From: Flavobacteriales bacterium
Lineage (GTDB): Bacteria > Bacteroidota > Bacteroidia > Flavobacteriales_F > PHOS-HE28
Length of the DNA stretch: 64,000 nt
Assembly: GCA_016712025.1 (NCBI GenBank)
Contig: JADJRW010000009.1
Span: forward strand, 16,066 to 80,065
Reading direction: 5' to 3'
Every line of letters starts with the position of its first letter. Position 1 is the stretch's first letter. This document shows positions 39,561 through 49,396 of this stretch, in pieces. Made by a program: the position numbers and the translations under genes. The notes below the pieces were generated by a model. The model was not told the DNA's origin. It searched no databases and saw nothing but the letters and a program-made list of their open reading frames with translations.

Positions 39561-39929
39561 CTCCTCAACGGCATCTTCGGTGCCGGTCAGCAGAGCACCG
39601 ATGCCCTGGTGTTGCAGGATGGTACCGAGATCGACGCCGAGATGCTGAAGGCTATCGAAATGGACATGCCTGCCTCGGTAACCGCTGTTTGGCCGAACCC
39701 TGTGCGTGATGTGCTGAATGTGGAATTGACCGTGCTGTCTGAAACCCAGTTGGGACTCTCCGTCACCAACAGTCTCGGACAGGAAGTCGCACCGCGCATC
39801 GGTATCAATGCTGGTGTGGGTGTTAGCAGAACTACGATCGATGTCGCCGCACTTCCGGTCGGCACCTATTTCCTGCGGCTCTCCGCTGGCGATGGCGTGA
39901 CCACTGAGAGGTTTGTGAAGGTGGATTGA
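36684..39929 (+). CDS. Large tandem-repeat cell-surface protein with T9SS C-terminal sorting domain (intact 3' part of a longer, 5'-disrupted gene)
   Basis: 1081-aa ORF made of 119-aa repeats (...LTATANGDANVPAGYSTVYVLTQGAGLTIVNAGAAPSFDVTEDGLYTIHTLVYDPNTLDLSIVELGVTTGFDVNGLLVQGGG...). It ends with a T9SS CTD-like ~80 aa (VWPNPVRDVLNVELTVL...GTYFLRLSAGDGVTTERFVKVD). Confidence 0.8.
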   Translation: MRHQRCSYTNGHCQRRRERTSGIQHGVRADARCGPDDRERRSGPELRCDRRWTLTIHTLVYDANTLDLSIVELGVTTGFDVNGLLVQGGGAICASLDVAGAQFNVSSPSAGTLSGGADVCGTNGVATLTATANGDANVPAGYSTVYVLTQGAGLTIVNAGAAPSFDVTEDGLYTIHTLVYDPNTLDLSIVELGVTTGFDVNGLLVQGGGAICASLDVAGAQFNVSSPSAGTLSGGADVCGTDTTTLTATANGDANVPAGYSTVYVLTQGAGLTIVNAGAAPSFDVTEDGLYTIHTLVYDPNTLDLSIVELGVTTGFDVNGLLVQGGGAICASLDVAGAQFNVSSPSAGTLSGGADVCGTNGVATLTATANGDANVPAGYSTVYVLTQGAGLTIVNAGAAPSFDVTEDGLYTIHTLVYDANTLDLSIVELGVTTGFDVNGLLVQGGGAICASLDVAGAQFNVSSPSAGTLSADDDEVCFEEGTVTISATPNGDAVVPAGYSTVYVLTQGAGLTIVNAGATPSFEISAIGDYTIHTLVYDPNTLDLSIVELGVTTGFDVNGLLVQGGGTICASLDVAGASVTAVECPLNCDALAGTLSGGADVCGTNGVATLTATANGDANVPAGYSTVYVLTQGAGLTIVNAGAAPSFDVTEDGLYTIHTLVYDPNTLDLTIVEFGVTTGFDVNGLLVQGGGAICASLDVAGAQYNVSSPGAGTLSAEASEVCLIDGVATLTAAANGDANVPAGYSTVYVLTQGAGLTIVNAGAAPSFDVTEDGLYTIHTLVYDPNTLDLSIVELGVTTGFDVNGLLVQGGGAICASLDVAGAPINVIECNTDCIADAGTIAAEDFIVCRSGGNATLTGIPGGNAVVPAGYQTVYVLTRGFGLTIVQAGATPVFNVQQLGLYRIHTLIYDPATLDLSIVQFGTTTGFDVNALLIQGGGTICASLDVTGAPHLVVGPFLCSLLNGIFGAGQQSTDALVLQDGTEIDAEMLKAIEMDMPASVTAVWPNPVRDVLNVELTVLSETQLGLSVTNSLGQEVAPRIGINAGVGVSRTTIDVAALPVGTYFLRLSAGDGVTTERFVKVD

Positions 39930-40095
39930 TCCAAGACGTCCGGTGAGGCGGGGCTCGGGAAGCGCGGACGAAAGTCCAAGCGACCTGGGCCTCGCCATTT
40001 TCGGGATGTTCATTTCGCGGAGTTCTGACGATCGCGTGACGACCGAGGTGGTGCGCGTGACCTGCTTTGCGATCTCAAAGACATAGATCCACACC

Positions 40096-41323
40096 ATGCG
40101 CCTCGCTACACTTTTCGCCAGCGGTCTTCTTGCCGGCGTCCTTCATGCACAAACCACGGTAACGGTCACCACGGGCCCGGCCAATTCCGAACAGACCTGG
40201 TACAGTCTCGCCGATGGCGTAGTTGGCTCGGCAGCGCTGGCCGAGTGGGACCTGGCCTTCGAGATACAGGGATTCACCGCGAGTATCCTCACCAACGGTG
40301 CGAAAGGCATCGTGCTGTACAAAGCCCCATACGCCATAGGCGACTTGGGCCGCGCTGGATACGAACGGCATGGGCACCACCTGGACCACCTCATACAACA
40401 GCGATAGCGATTGGAGCAGCGGCGCTTTCAACCAGGGCCTCACCACGGATGAGTTCGATCTGGGCTGGGGCGTGTACAATATGATCACCCACGCCGTAGC
40501 GGGCGATAGCCTGTTCGTGATCAAGCTCGCCAACGGGGCGTTCAAGAAGATCCGTATCGACGCGCTCGCCACCGGCAGCTACTCCTTCGCCTGGGCCGAT
40601 GTGGATGGCGCCAACGAACAGACCGCCTCGGTCGCCAAGGCTGCCTATGCCGACAAGAATTTCGCCTACTACAGCCTAGAGAACAATGTTGCGCTCGACC
40701 GTGAACCCGTCAACAACACCTGGGATCTGCTCTTCACCAAGTACACCACGTTCATCCCAACGGCATACGGCGTTTCCGGAGTGCTCACCAACAAGTACAT
40801 CACCTCGCTCCGCGTGGATGGCGTCGATCCCAGCCTCGCTGATTGGACCACCGCGCCGTTCGATAGCGTGATCAACACGATCGGCTACGACTGGAAGACC
40901 TTCAACATGCAGACCTTCCAGTACGAGTATGATCAGGACCTCACCTTCTTCGTGCAGGACCGAACGGGTTCCATCTGGAAGCTTCTCTTCACGGAGTACG
41001 GCGGAAGCGCCACCGGTGATATGACCTTCACCCAGGAGCTGGTGAGCGCCGCTTCCGTGGAAGAACGTGCCACGAACGGCCAAGCCGTGGTGTTCCCGAA
41101 CCCCGCCACCGACGCGGTGAATGTGTTGTTCGACATACCGGCAACGGATGCTGTGCTCACGATCCATGATGTCGCTGGCAGCCTGGCGCGCACTGAGCGT
41201 TTCGCGGGCATCACGCCCATGTCCACCCGGATACTTGATATCTCCGGCTTGCGCACTGGGGTGTATTCCCTGCGCTTGGAACACGCTTCCGGAGCGGTAT
41301 ACTCCCGCTTGGTGGTGCGCTAG
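40096..41323 (+). CDS. HmuY-like (heme-binding-like) protein with T9SS C-terminal domain; one apparent frameshift near 40360
   Basis: Signal peptide MRLATLFASGLLAGVLHAQ. WDLAFE and WDLLFTKY motifs are shared with the downstream paralog at 43729..44703. The C-terminal VVFPNPATDAVNVLF...GVYSLRLEHASGAVYSRLVV is T9SS-CTD-like. Located immediately upstream of a TonB-dependent receptor. Confidence 0.5.
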
Positions 41324-41470
41324 GTTCAGGGCACCCTGCAACGGTCCTCTCATCAAGTGGTGGGAGGACCGTTGTCATTCGGGGCGACCGATCTACCCTG
41401 CCATGACAGAAGGCCCACGCGCAGCAAGGACCTTTGAGCACGGGATCCGGCCCTGGCCGACCTTACAGCA

Positions 41471-43732
41471 ATGCGCGGCGTCGCCCTTTTTCTTCTCTTC
41501 CTCGTGCCCTGCACTTCGCTGAGAGCGCAGGTTTTTGTTCAGGTATCCGACGCTGTTGACGGGGCACCGGTCCCGTTCGCGGGGATCGAGCTTCTTTCCG
41601 CGGATAGTGCGCGCCTGGCGGCAGTGGCCACCGACCAACAGGGACACGCAAGGCTTTCGGCGGAAGCGGCTAGTTCGCAATGAGGTTGATGCGCGTCACC
41701 GCCCTGGGGTTCGCATCGCGCGTGCTACCCATCGCGCCTGAACGTATGCGGGTGGCCTTGCAGCGCGATCAACGCTTGCTGCGCGAGTTGGTCGTCACCG
41801 GACAGTATGCGCCTACCTCCACCGATCAGGGCCGTTCACAAAGTGCGCGTCATCGATGAACGCCGCCTGAAAGCCCTCGCCGCCAATGACCTGAGCGATG
41901 CGCTGCGCAACGAGTTGAACATCCGTCTTTCGCAGGATAACATCCTCGGCTCATCCGTGAGCATGCAAGGCTTGAGCGGGGCGAACGTGAAGGTGCTCGT
42001 GGACGGTGTGCCAGTGATCGGCCGCCTGGACGGTGACCTGGATCTGGCGCAGATCGGCCTCAACGGGATCGCCCGCATCGAAGTGGTGGAAGGGCCGCTC
42101 AGTGTGAGCTATGGCAGCAACGCGCTGGCGGGCACCATCAACCTGATCACCAAGCGCAATGCGGGTTCGGCACCCACTGTGAAGTTCTCGGCCTACGCCG
42201 AACAGATCGGCCGCCTCAACCTCTGGGGCACCTTCGCGCAACGCTGGGGCCGCCACCATTTGAACGTGAACTTGGGCCGCGACTTCTTCAACGGCTGGAA
42301 CCCGACCGATCAAGGCATCCCCGACTTAGGTCCCTCACCTGCCGACACCACCCGCTTCCAGCAATGGAAGCCGCGCGAGCAATACACCGGCCGCATCAAC
42401 TACCGCTGGAACGGTGCGCGTTGGCAGTTGGGGTACAAGGGCGAGTACGCCGATGACGTGATCACCAACAGGGGCATGCCGCGCGAGCCCTATCGCGAAA
42501 CCGCCTTCGATGAACGCTACCACACGGTGCGGTTGGACAACGCCCTTTTCGCCGATCGCTTTTGGGAAGATGGACGCAAGCTGACCCTGCTCGCTGCGCA
42601 CAACCGCTACACCCGCACGCGCAATACTTGGCTCCGTGACCTCACCTCCCTCGATGGGGAATTGGTGCCATCCGAAAGCATGCAGGACACCTCGTTCTTC
42701 ACGCTTTCCAATGTGCGCGCGGTCTATGCCAGTGCCGGGGACAGTGCCCGCCTGCGTTATGAACTGGGCACCGACCTGAACTACGAGACCGGTTCCGGTG
42801 GCCGCATCGAGGCTGGCGATCAAGTGATCGGCGACTACGCGCTTTACACGAGCCTGGAGTATCGTCCTGTGGAGAAACTCACGCTTCGCCCGGCGCTGCG
42901 CTATGCGTACAACACGGTCTATGGAGCACCGCTGTTGCCTTCGCTCAACCTGCGTTGGCAGTTGGCGAAGAGCGTGGTGGCCCGTGCCAGCTTCGCGCAA
43001 GGGTTCCGCGCACCGTCGCTCAAGGAGCTGTACTTGTTCTTCGTGGACGTTAACCACAACGTTCAGGGGAACACGGAGTTACGCGCCGAGCGGTCCAACA
43101 ACTACAGCCTCTCCTTTACCTGGACCAACGCCAGGGAGCGGGGCGCATGGCGCGCTGAGATCAGTGGCTTCTACAACGATGTGCAGGACCTGATCACATT
43201 GGCCCAAGTGGACGCATCACTTTACACCTATACCAACATCGGCACCTACCACACCGCCGGAGGCACTGCGGGTTTGGGTTGGGAGGATGCGCGGTGGTCG
43301 TTCACCGCAGGTGGCAACCTCACGGGCCGCAGCGATGACCTCGCGCAACAGCAACAACAGAAGTATCTCTGGGCGCATGAAGCGCGCGCTTCGGCGCAAT
43401 ACACCTGGGCCAAGGGTGGGCTCACCGCGCAAGTGTTCTACAAGTATCAAGGGGAGGTGGCGAACTACATCACATGGAGCGATGGTTCCGTGGGTCGCGG
43501 GGCGATCGCGGCCTACAGCATGGCCGACGCATCCGTCACGAAGTCGTTGTGGAAGGAGCGCCTCGGGATAACGCTCGGATGCAAGAACCTCTTCGACGTC
43601 AAGAACGTGACCACCACCGCTTCGGATGAAGGCGGCGCGCATGCCAGCGGAGGGAGCAGCGTGCCTATGATGACCGGACGGATCTGGTTCGTGGGGTTGA
43701 ACGTCGAACTAACGGGAGGGAAGGAGCGATGA
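41471..43732 (+). CDS. TonB-dependent outer-membrane receptor (HmuR-like by context), two apparent frameshifts near 41670 and 41805
   Basis: Signal peptide + CarboxypepD_reg-like N-terminus (MRGVALFLLFLVPCTSLRAQVFVQVSDAVDGAPVPFAGIEL) in ORF 41471..41683. Middle piece ...RELVVTGQYAPTSTDQ in another frame. Plug and barrel in ORF 41807..43732, with a C-terminal aromatic-ending barrel. Confidence 0.75.
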
Positions 43733-44703
43733 ACAGAGGCCTCCAGATCATGATGGTGCGGATGGCGCTCGCCGGAACGCTCTCCTCGTGCTTGAAGGAA
43801 GAGCTACCCGTGCCCGCGAGGCCGCGCGGCGATGTGACCGAAGTGGAGACTTGCATGGGCCCCGGCTACCAGGACCAGGTGTGGGTGGACCTGGGCACGC
43901 GTTCCGTGCGGAGCACGAATTTGAAGACCGCGTGGGACCTCGCTTTTGAAAGTGATCCGGCGGGTTGGCATGTTCTGCTGAACGGCTCCCGCTTGCTCAC
44001 CGTGTGGAACTGTGGCCAGCAGGACATCGCCCTCAACACGGATACCGCAGGCATGTACGCCGCGCGCCGGATCGATGCGCCGAGCGGTGCGCTCGATAGT
44101 ACCGCGATCGGCGATCCGCGTGCCACCCAGGATGTGTTCGTGGTCGATCTCGGATTCAACAACCTGGGTCAAAGCCTCGGTTTACGGAAGATCCAGTTCC
44201 TTGAAGTGACCACCGAGCGTTACCTCTTCCGCACTGCCGCGTTGGACGGCAGCGGCCTGCTGGAGCGCGAGGTGGTAAAGGACCCACAACGCACCTGCAC
44301 TATGTTCAGTTTCGCGACGGGCACCATCAGCATTGAACCGGCGGCGGGCACTTGGGACCTCGTCTTCACCCAGTACACGCACCAGTTCACCGACCCGTTC
44401 ATTCCCTATCTCGTTACCGGTGTGCTCACACCGCCCGGTGTACGTGTGAGCCGCATCCCCGCCGCGGATTTCGCTTCGATCGTGCTCACGGATACGCTGG
44501 CCCATCCCTTCAGCGCGCAGCGCAATGCCATCGGGTACGACTGGAAGTTCTATTCCTTCGATGATGGCACCTACGTGGTCGATCCTTCGCTCGCGTATAT
44601 CGTGCACGATGCCGAAGGCTTCTTCCACAAGTTGCACTTCATCGATTTCTACAGTGCCTTGGGCGTGGCGGGCTGCCCGCGGTGGGAAGTGGCAGGGCTC
44701 TGA
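43729..44703 (+). CDS. HmuY-like lipoprotein
   Basis: Lipobox ALAGTLSS|C. Motifs WDLAFE, WDLVFTQY and IGYDWKFYSF parallel 40096..41323. ATGA-coupled to the receptor gene. Confidence 0.5.
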   Translation: MNRGLQIMMVRMALAGTLSSCLKEELPVPARPRGDVTEVETCMGPGYQDQVWVDLGTRSVRSTNLKTAWDLAFESDPAGWHVLLNGSRLLTVWNCGQQDIALNTDTAGMYAARRIDAPSGALDSTAIGDPRATQDVFVVDLGFNNLGQSLGLRKIQFLEVTTERYLFRTAALDGSGLLEREVVKDPQRTCTMFSFATGTISIEPAAGTWDLVFTQYTHQFTDPFIPYLVTGVLTPPGVRVSRIPAADFASIVLTDTLAHPFSAQRNAIGYDWKFYSFDDGTYVVDPSLAYIVHDAEGFFHKLHFIDFYSALGVAGCPRWEVAGL

Positions 44704-44707
44704 AAGT

Positions 44708-47191
44708 CTACATATCCATTTCACCTCCGTTCTGCTCCCTCTGCCCTTGCCTTCTGCGGAACAGGGAGCTGTTCTGCTCGCCGAATTTCCAGGTGAGGGT
44801 AAAGCGCACGAACCGCATCTCCCGCCTGCGGAAGCTCTCTTGCGACAGGTAGTCGGTCTCCACGGTATTGCCCCACTTGCGGGTGAAGAACACATCGTTC
44901 ACCGAGAGCACCGCGCCGAATTTTTTCGTGAAGTCCTTCGACATGGAGAGGTCCATGCCGTATTGCGGGATGCTGCGCCCTTGCGCCTGGATCCTTGCGC
45001 TCTCGTATTCCGCGTTCACCTGCACGCCCCAATCCTTGGGCAGCCGGTAGTTCACCAGCACTTTGGCGTTCCAGTTGGTGCCGGCGTTGCGGTCCCCCCC
45101 ATCGGCGGCGGCCAGTGCCACGTCCGTGTATTGCACCGTGCCGCTCAGGGTGAGCTGCAAGCCGATCACCGGTTCAAGCTTGATCACGTTCTCCCAGCCG
45201 CTGGAAACGCTGTAGCGCCCGTTCACGAAGGTGCTCAACAGGATGCTCGTGTCGCTGGCCAGGGGAGTGCTGTAGCTGGTGATCGCTCCTTCCGTGTACC
45301 GGCCGAAAACGCTCGTGAGCCACGTGGCCTTGCCATTGAAGAAGGGCAGCAAGTGGTTCACCTCCGCCAAATTGCTCAGTTCCGGTGCCAATGCGGGATT
45401 GCCGATACGCACGTTCCGGCTGTCGCTGAACATGATCACCGGCATGACCTGCCAGAAGCGCGGTCGGCTGATCTTGCGCGAGAAGTTGATCTGTACTTCG
45501 CGCTGGCTATCCTCCCAACGCCGCACGAGATAGATCGCCGGGAAGAGCGCCTTCAACAGGTTGTCCGCGCCATCCGGGTAGCGATAGTCGAATTCCTGGT
45601 CCTTGTTGAGGATCTGGGTGATGAACATGGTCTGCTCGAAACGCAGGCCGGCCTGCAGGCTCCAGCGCTCGGTGAGTTTCCGCGACCAGTTCACGTAGGC
45701 CGCGTTCGTCATATCCGTGATCTTGTAGTCGTTTGTGAGCGCACTGTCCTGTATATCCTCCCCGAACAGTGGGGTGGTGACATACACGTCCAGCCATGTG
45801 CGGTCCAGGCGGAAATTGCTCTTCAGCCCGTATTCCCACTTCGTGCGCGGGCTCACCGGATCCACAAAGTCCAGCTGCCAGGTGATCTGGTCGTAGTAGG
45901 ACCCACCGAGGTTGTCTTGTACGCGCGGGGTGGAGGGGTCCGGTGCGCCATCGGCCAGGGAACTAAGCATAGCGAAGGTGGACCTGCTTTCACGGTCCCA
46001 CCGGTTGTAGGTCAGGTCCGTGCTCCATTCCTTTCCCTCCTTCGGTGCCTTGTGGCGGAACATCAGCTGCGATGTCAGGCTCTGGGTGTGGCTTTTCGAG
46101 ATGTTGTACTGGGAGCCTTGGGAAAGGGTGCTCCCTTCGGCATCGCGCGAGGTGTACTGCTGTAGATCATCGCCCTTCATATCATGGATGCGGAAGCCCT
46201 GTGAAAGGCTCAATGTGCTGCGATTGCTCACCTGCCAGTCCACACCCGCGCGCCCGCCGTGCATCAGTCTGCCCGCTTCGCTCGCGGTGGCCTGATCGAA
46301 GAAGCCCGTGGTGATACCCTGGCTCAGATCGGTGCGGGCGGTGCTGCCGTCGGTCACATTATTCCCTGTGTTGAAATTGTAGCTGGCGTTCAGGCCCCAG
46401 CGACCATCCTTCAAATTGAAGTTCAGCCCGGCCTGATAGCGGTCGTTGGTGCCTGCGCCCCCCTGCACCTGGCCACTATATCCGGGCTTGGTGCTCTTCT
46501 TCAATATCACATTGATGATGCCCCCGGTGGTATTGGCATCGAAGATCACGGAAGGGTTGGTGATCACCTCGACACGTTCGATCTCTTCTGCGGGGATCTG
46601 TTCCAGGCTCAGGGAGGAGGGGCGGCCATCCACCAGGATCTGGGGGCTTGCGCCGCGCATCTGCACGTTGCCTTCCACGTCCACGCTGAGGCCAGGTACG
46701 TTCTTCATCACATCCACACCGGTGCCACCGCGCGTACTCAGGTCCTTGTCCACATGGAACACTCTACGATCCACCTGGAGCACGTTTGTGCTGCGGTCCT
46801 TCACCACATCCACCTGTTGCAAGAGGTCAGCATCGGTCTCCAGCAAGATGTTCCCAAGGTCCATTTCGGGCCTCTCCCGTGTGATGGCGACCGGCCGCTC
46901 CAGTACCTTATAGCCGAGGAAGCTCACGGGAACGCGGTAGCGCCCCAAGCGCAATTGATCGAGGACGAAATCACCGTTGGGCCGCACCATGGTACCGGTG
47001 ATTACGCTGTCCTGCTCCTGCGCATAGAGCGTTACCGTGGCGAACTCAGCCGGTTTTCGCGAAGCTGCGTCCAGTACTTTGCCAGAGACCTTCCCGTTGG
47101 CTGGCCCACCGCCAGGCCGCTGGCCCACCGCGTGCATGTTGGTCGAGAGCGCTACCCCTAAGAGGAACACTGTTGCTAAGCGGGCGCGCAT
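44708..47191 (-). CDS. Outer-membrane beta-barrel protein of the TonB-dependent-receptor-like / CarboxypepD_reg-N-terminal family
   Basis: Signal peptide MRARLATVFLLGVALSTNMHAVGQ, then a CarboxypepD_reg-like domain (GKVSGKVLDAASRKPAEFATVTLY...GYKV), plug-like and long barrel segments. C-terminal ...FTLTWKFG. Confidence 0.7.
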   Translation of the reverse strand: MRARLATVFLLGVALSTNMHAVGQRPGGGPANGKVSGKVLDAASRKPAEFATVTLYAQEQDSVITGTMVRPNGDFVLDQLRLGRYRVPVSFLGYKVLERPVAITRERPEMDLGNILLETDADLLQQVDVVKDRSTNVLQVDRRVFHVDKDLSTRGGTGVDVMKNVPGLSVDVEGNVQMRGASPQILVDGRPSSLSLEQIPAEEIERVEVITNPSVIFDANTTGGIINVILKKSTKPGYSGQVQGGAGTNDRYQAGLNFNLKDGRWGLNASYNFNTGNNVTDGSTARTDLSQGITTGFFDQATASEAGRLMHGGRAGVDWQVSNRSTLSLSQGFRIHDMKGDDLQQYTSRDAEGSTLSQGSQYNISKSHTQSLTSQLMFRHKAPKEGKEWSTDLTYNRWDRESRSTFAMLSSLADGAPDPSTPRVQDNLGGSYYDQITWQLDFVDPVSPRTKWEYGLKSNFRLDRTWLDVYVTTPLFGEDIQDSALTNDYKITDMTNAAYVNWSRKLTERWSLQAGLRFEQTMFITQILNKDQEFDYRYPDGADNLLKALFPAIYLVRRWEDSQREVQINFSRKISRPRFWQVMPVIMFSDSRNVRIGNPALAPELSNLAEVNHLLPFFNGKATWLTSVFGRYTEGAITSYSTPLASDTSILLSTFVNGRYSVSSGWENVIKLEPVIGLQLTLSGTVQYTDVALAAADGGDRNAGTNWNAKVLVNYRLPKDWGVQVNAEYESARIQAQGRSIPQYGMDLSMSKDFTKKFGAVLSVNDVFFTRKWGNTVETDYLSQESFRRREMRFVRFTLTWKFGEQNSSLFRRRQGQREQNGGEMDM

Positions 47192-47305
47192 GGTGCGCAA
47201 AAGTACCTGCACAGGTGAGGGGGGCATGGTGTTACGACCGCAATGGTCGTGTGCCGTTCGTTCGATCAACATCTTTTCACATACCAGCACCCGCGCAGGT
47301 GGAAT

Positions 47306-47340
47306 GAAAAAGCCCCTCCGCCGTTGGGCGGAAGGGCTCT
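47306..47340 (-). terminator. Rho-independent terminator downstream of the RRM-protein gene
   Basis: In gene sense: AGCCCTTCCGCC-CAAC-GGCGGAGGGGCT followed by TTTTTCATT. 17-50 nt after the stop. Confidence 0.6.
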
Positions 47341-47356
47341 TGATCTTGCGTAAGGT

Positions 47357-47761
47357 CTAGTACTCGTCGCGACGTGATCCGCCGCCGCCGCCGCGATCGC
47401 TGCGGTAGCCACCACGATCACCACCGCGGTCTCCACCACCGCCGCTGCCACCACGGTATCCACCGCGGTCTCCACCACCGCTGCGGCCACCACCGCCGAA
47501 GCTTGGACGGTCACCTTCGGTGCGAGGACGTGCCTCGTTCACCACCAGGTCACGCCCGTGGAAATTCTTTCCGTTGGTGCCTTCGATGGCAGCACGTCCG
47601 GCATCATCGTTGGCCATTTCCACGAACCCGAAGCCTCGGCTGCGGTTGGTGGCTTTGTCCATGATGATCTTCGCGGATGTCACTTCTCCGAACGGGGAAA
47701 AAAGCTCGTGGAGATCCTGGTCCTTCACTGAGTAAGGCACGTTGGCGACGTAAATGTTCAT
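47357..47761 (-). CDS. RNA-binding protein with a single RRM and Gly/Arg-rich C-terminal tail (134 aa)
   Basis: RNP-1 (RGFGFVEM) and RNP-2 (IYVANV) motifs, then an RGG/GGDRGGYRG tail. The ORF-track upstream extension to 48070 is unlikely to be translated (long leader instead). Confidence 0.85.
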   Translation of the reverse strand: MNIYVANVPYSVKDQDLHELFSPFGEVTSAKIIMDKATNRSRGFGFVEMANDDAGRAAIEGTNGKNFHGRDLVVNEARPRTEGDRPSFGGGGRSGGGDRGGYRGGSGGGGDRGGDRGGYRSDRGGGGGSRRDEY

Positions 47762-48123
47762 GAGTTCTACTGACTGGGTTTCGTTGGTCTTTGCCTGTAC
47801 CCCCGTGGTCTCGCCAAAGCACAGGGGGGCCGTTGGGCGCAGCGAATGTAGACAGTTTTCGGATCCCGGCAAGCCGGGCAAGGGCGCGGCCAAGGCCGCC
47901 TGCGCGCGGCTCGGGTACGTCGCTGATAGCGAATGGGGCTCGGCGGAGCATCCCACTTCGGCAACATGGCTTAGGGAGGTGTAGGGTTGGTGGTAGTCGC
48001 CTAACCGTTCGTCACAGGTGCCGCTGACCCCCACATATCTCTTTCGTGTGGTTGTTGGGATGAAGAACATTGCGGTTTTTTGTTGCCGATGTTCTTCCCG
48101 TTCCGACGTCGATACTCTTGTGC

Positions 48124-49371
48124 ATGGACAGAGCCATTGATACCCGCCCTACGCGCCGCAAGCGATTGATCGCCATGGGCTGCGTTGGGGGCATCGCCCT
48201 CATCGCCATCGCGTTCTGGAGCAGTTCGTTCGCGACCAGTCGGGTGCGCGTGGAGGAAGCCAAGGTGCAGATCGGCAGGGTGGAGAAGGGCATGTTCCGC
48301 GAGTTCATTCCCGTGACCGGAACCGTGCAGCCGATCCAAACGGTCTTCCTCGATGCGCCGGAAGGAGGTACCGTGAAGAAGCGCTTTGTGGAAGACGGCC
48401 ACATGGTGAAGGAAGGCGAACCGATCATCGAGCTGAGCAATCCGCAGTTGCACATGGACGCGATCAACCGCGAAGCACAACTGCTCGACCAGCAGAACAA
48501 CCTGCGCAACACGCGGCTGGCGATGGACCAGCAGACCACGCGCCTGAAGGATGAACAGCTGAACTTGGAGAAGGACCTGAAACGGCTGGAGCGCGACCAG
48601 AAGATCGATGACCGCTTGGTGAAGGACTCCTTGCTCGCGCAGAACACCTACCTCGGCAACAGCGAGAACCTCCAATACATGCGTGAGAAGCGCAAGCTCG
48701 TCGCCGCGAACGTGCGCAGCGATTCCTTGTTCCGCCTGAGCCAAGTGGGATCGATCACCAACAACCTGCTCCTCATCGATCAGAACCTCGCCTTCCTGAG
48801 GGAGAACCTGCAGAACCTGGTGATCAAGGCACCGATCGATGGACAACTCAGTGGACTGAACGTTGAACTGGGACAGACCAAGCAACGCGGCGAACGCATC
48901 GCGCAGATCGACGTGCTCGATGGTTTCAAGGTGCGCGCGCGCATCCCGGAGCACTATGTGAGCCGCATCAGCATCGGCTTGCACGGAACGTTCACGCACG
49001 CCGGCAAGGAACACGCGATCGAGATCTTCAAGGTCTATCCCGAAGTGAGCAACGGCGAGTTCGATGTGGACCTGCGTTTCGTGGAAGCCGCACCGGTCGG
49101 CATCCGCCGCGGACAGACCTTCCAAGTGCGACTGCAACTGAGCGAGGACATGGAGGCGGTGATGCTGCCGCGCGGTCCGTTCTTCCAGGATACCGGCGGG
49201 CAATGGGTGTACGTGATCGATGCCGAAGGCACCGCCACCAAGCGCACGGTGAAGCTCGGCCGCCAGAACCCCGACATGTACGAAGTGCTCGAAGGGCTGC
49301 AACCCGGTGATCGGGTTGTGACCAGCCGGTACGCCGCTTTCAATGACGCTGACGAACTCATCATCCAGTAG
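48124..49371 (+). CDS. HlyD-family periplasmic adaptor (membrane-fusion protein) of an ABC exporter
   Basis: N-terminal TM, a long coiled-coil (QLHMDAINREAQLLDQQNNLRNTRLAMDQQ...) and beta-barrel/lipoyl-like segments. Directly upstream of an ABC ATPase and FtsX permeases. Confidence 0.8.
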   Translation: MDRAIDTRPTRRKRLIAMGCVGGIALIAIAFWSSSFATSRVRVEEAKVQIGRVEKGMFREFIPVTGTVQPIQTVFLDAPEGGTVKKRFVEDGHMVKEGEPIIELSNPQLHMDAINREAQLLDQQNNLRNTRLAMDQQTTRLKDEQLNLEKDLKRLERDQKIDDRLVKDSLLAQNTYLGNSENLQYMREKRKLVAANVRSDSLFRLSQVGSITNNLLLIDQNLAFLRENLQNLVIKAPIDGQLSGLNVELGQTKQRGERIAQIDVLDGFKVRARIPEHYVSRISIGLHGTFTHAGKEHAIEIFKVYPEVSNGEFDVDLRFVEAAPVGIRRGQTFQVRLQLSEDMEAVMLPRGPFFQDTGGQWVYVIDAEGTATKRTVKLGRQNPDMYEVLEGLQPGDRVVTSRYAAFNDADELIIQ

Positions 49372-49396
49372 TACGGGCCCCGCCAAACACACCACC

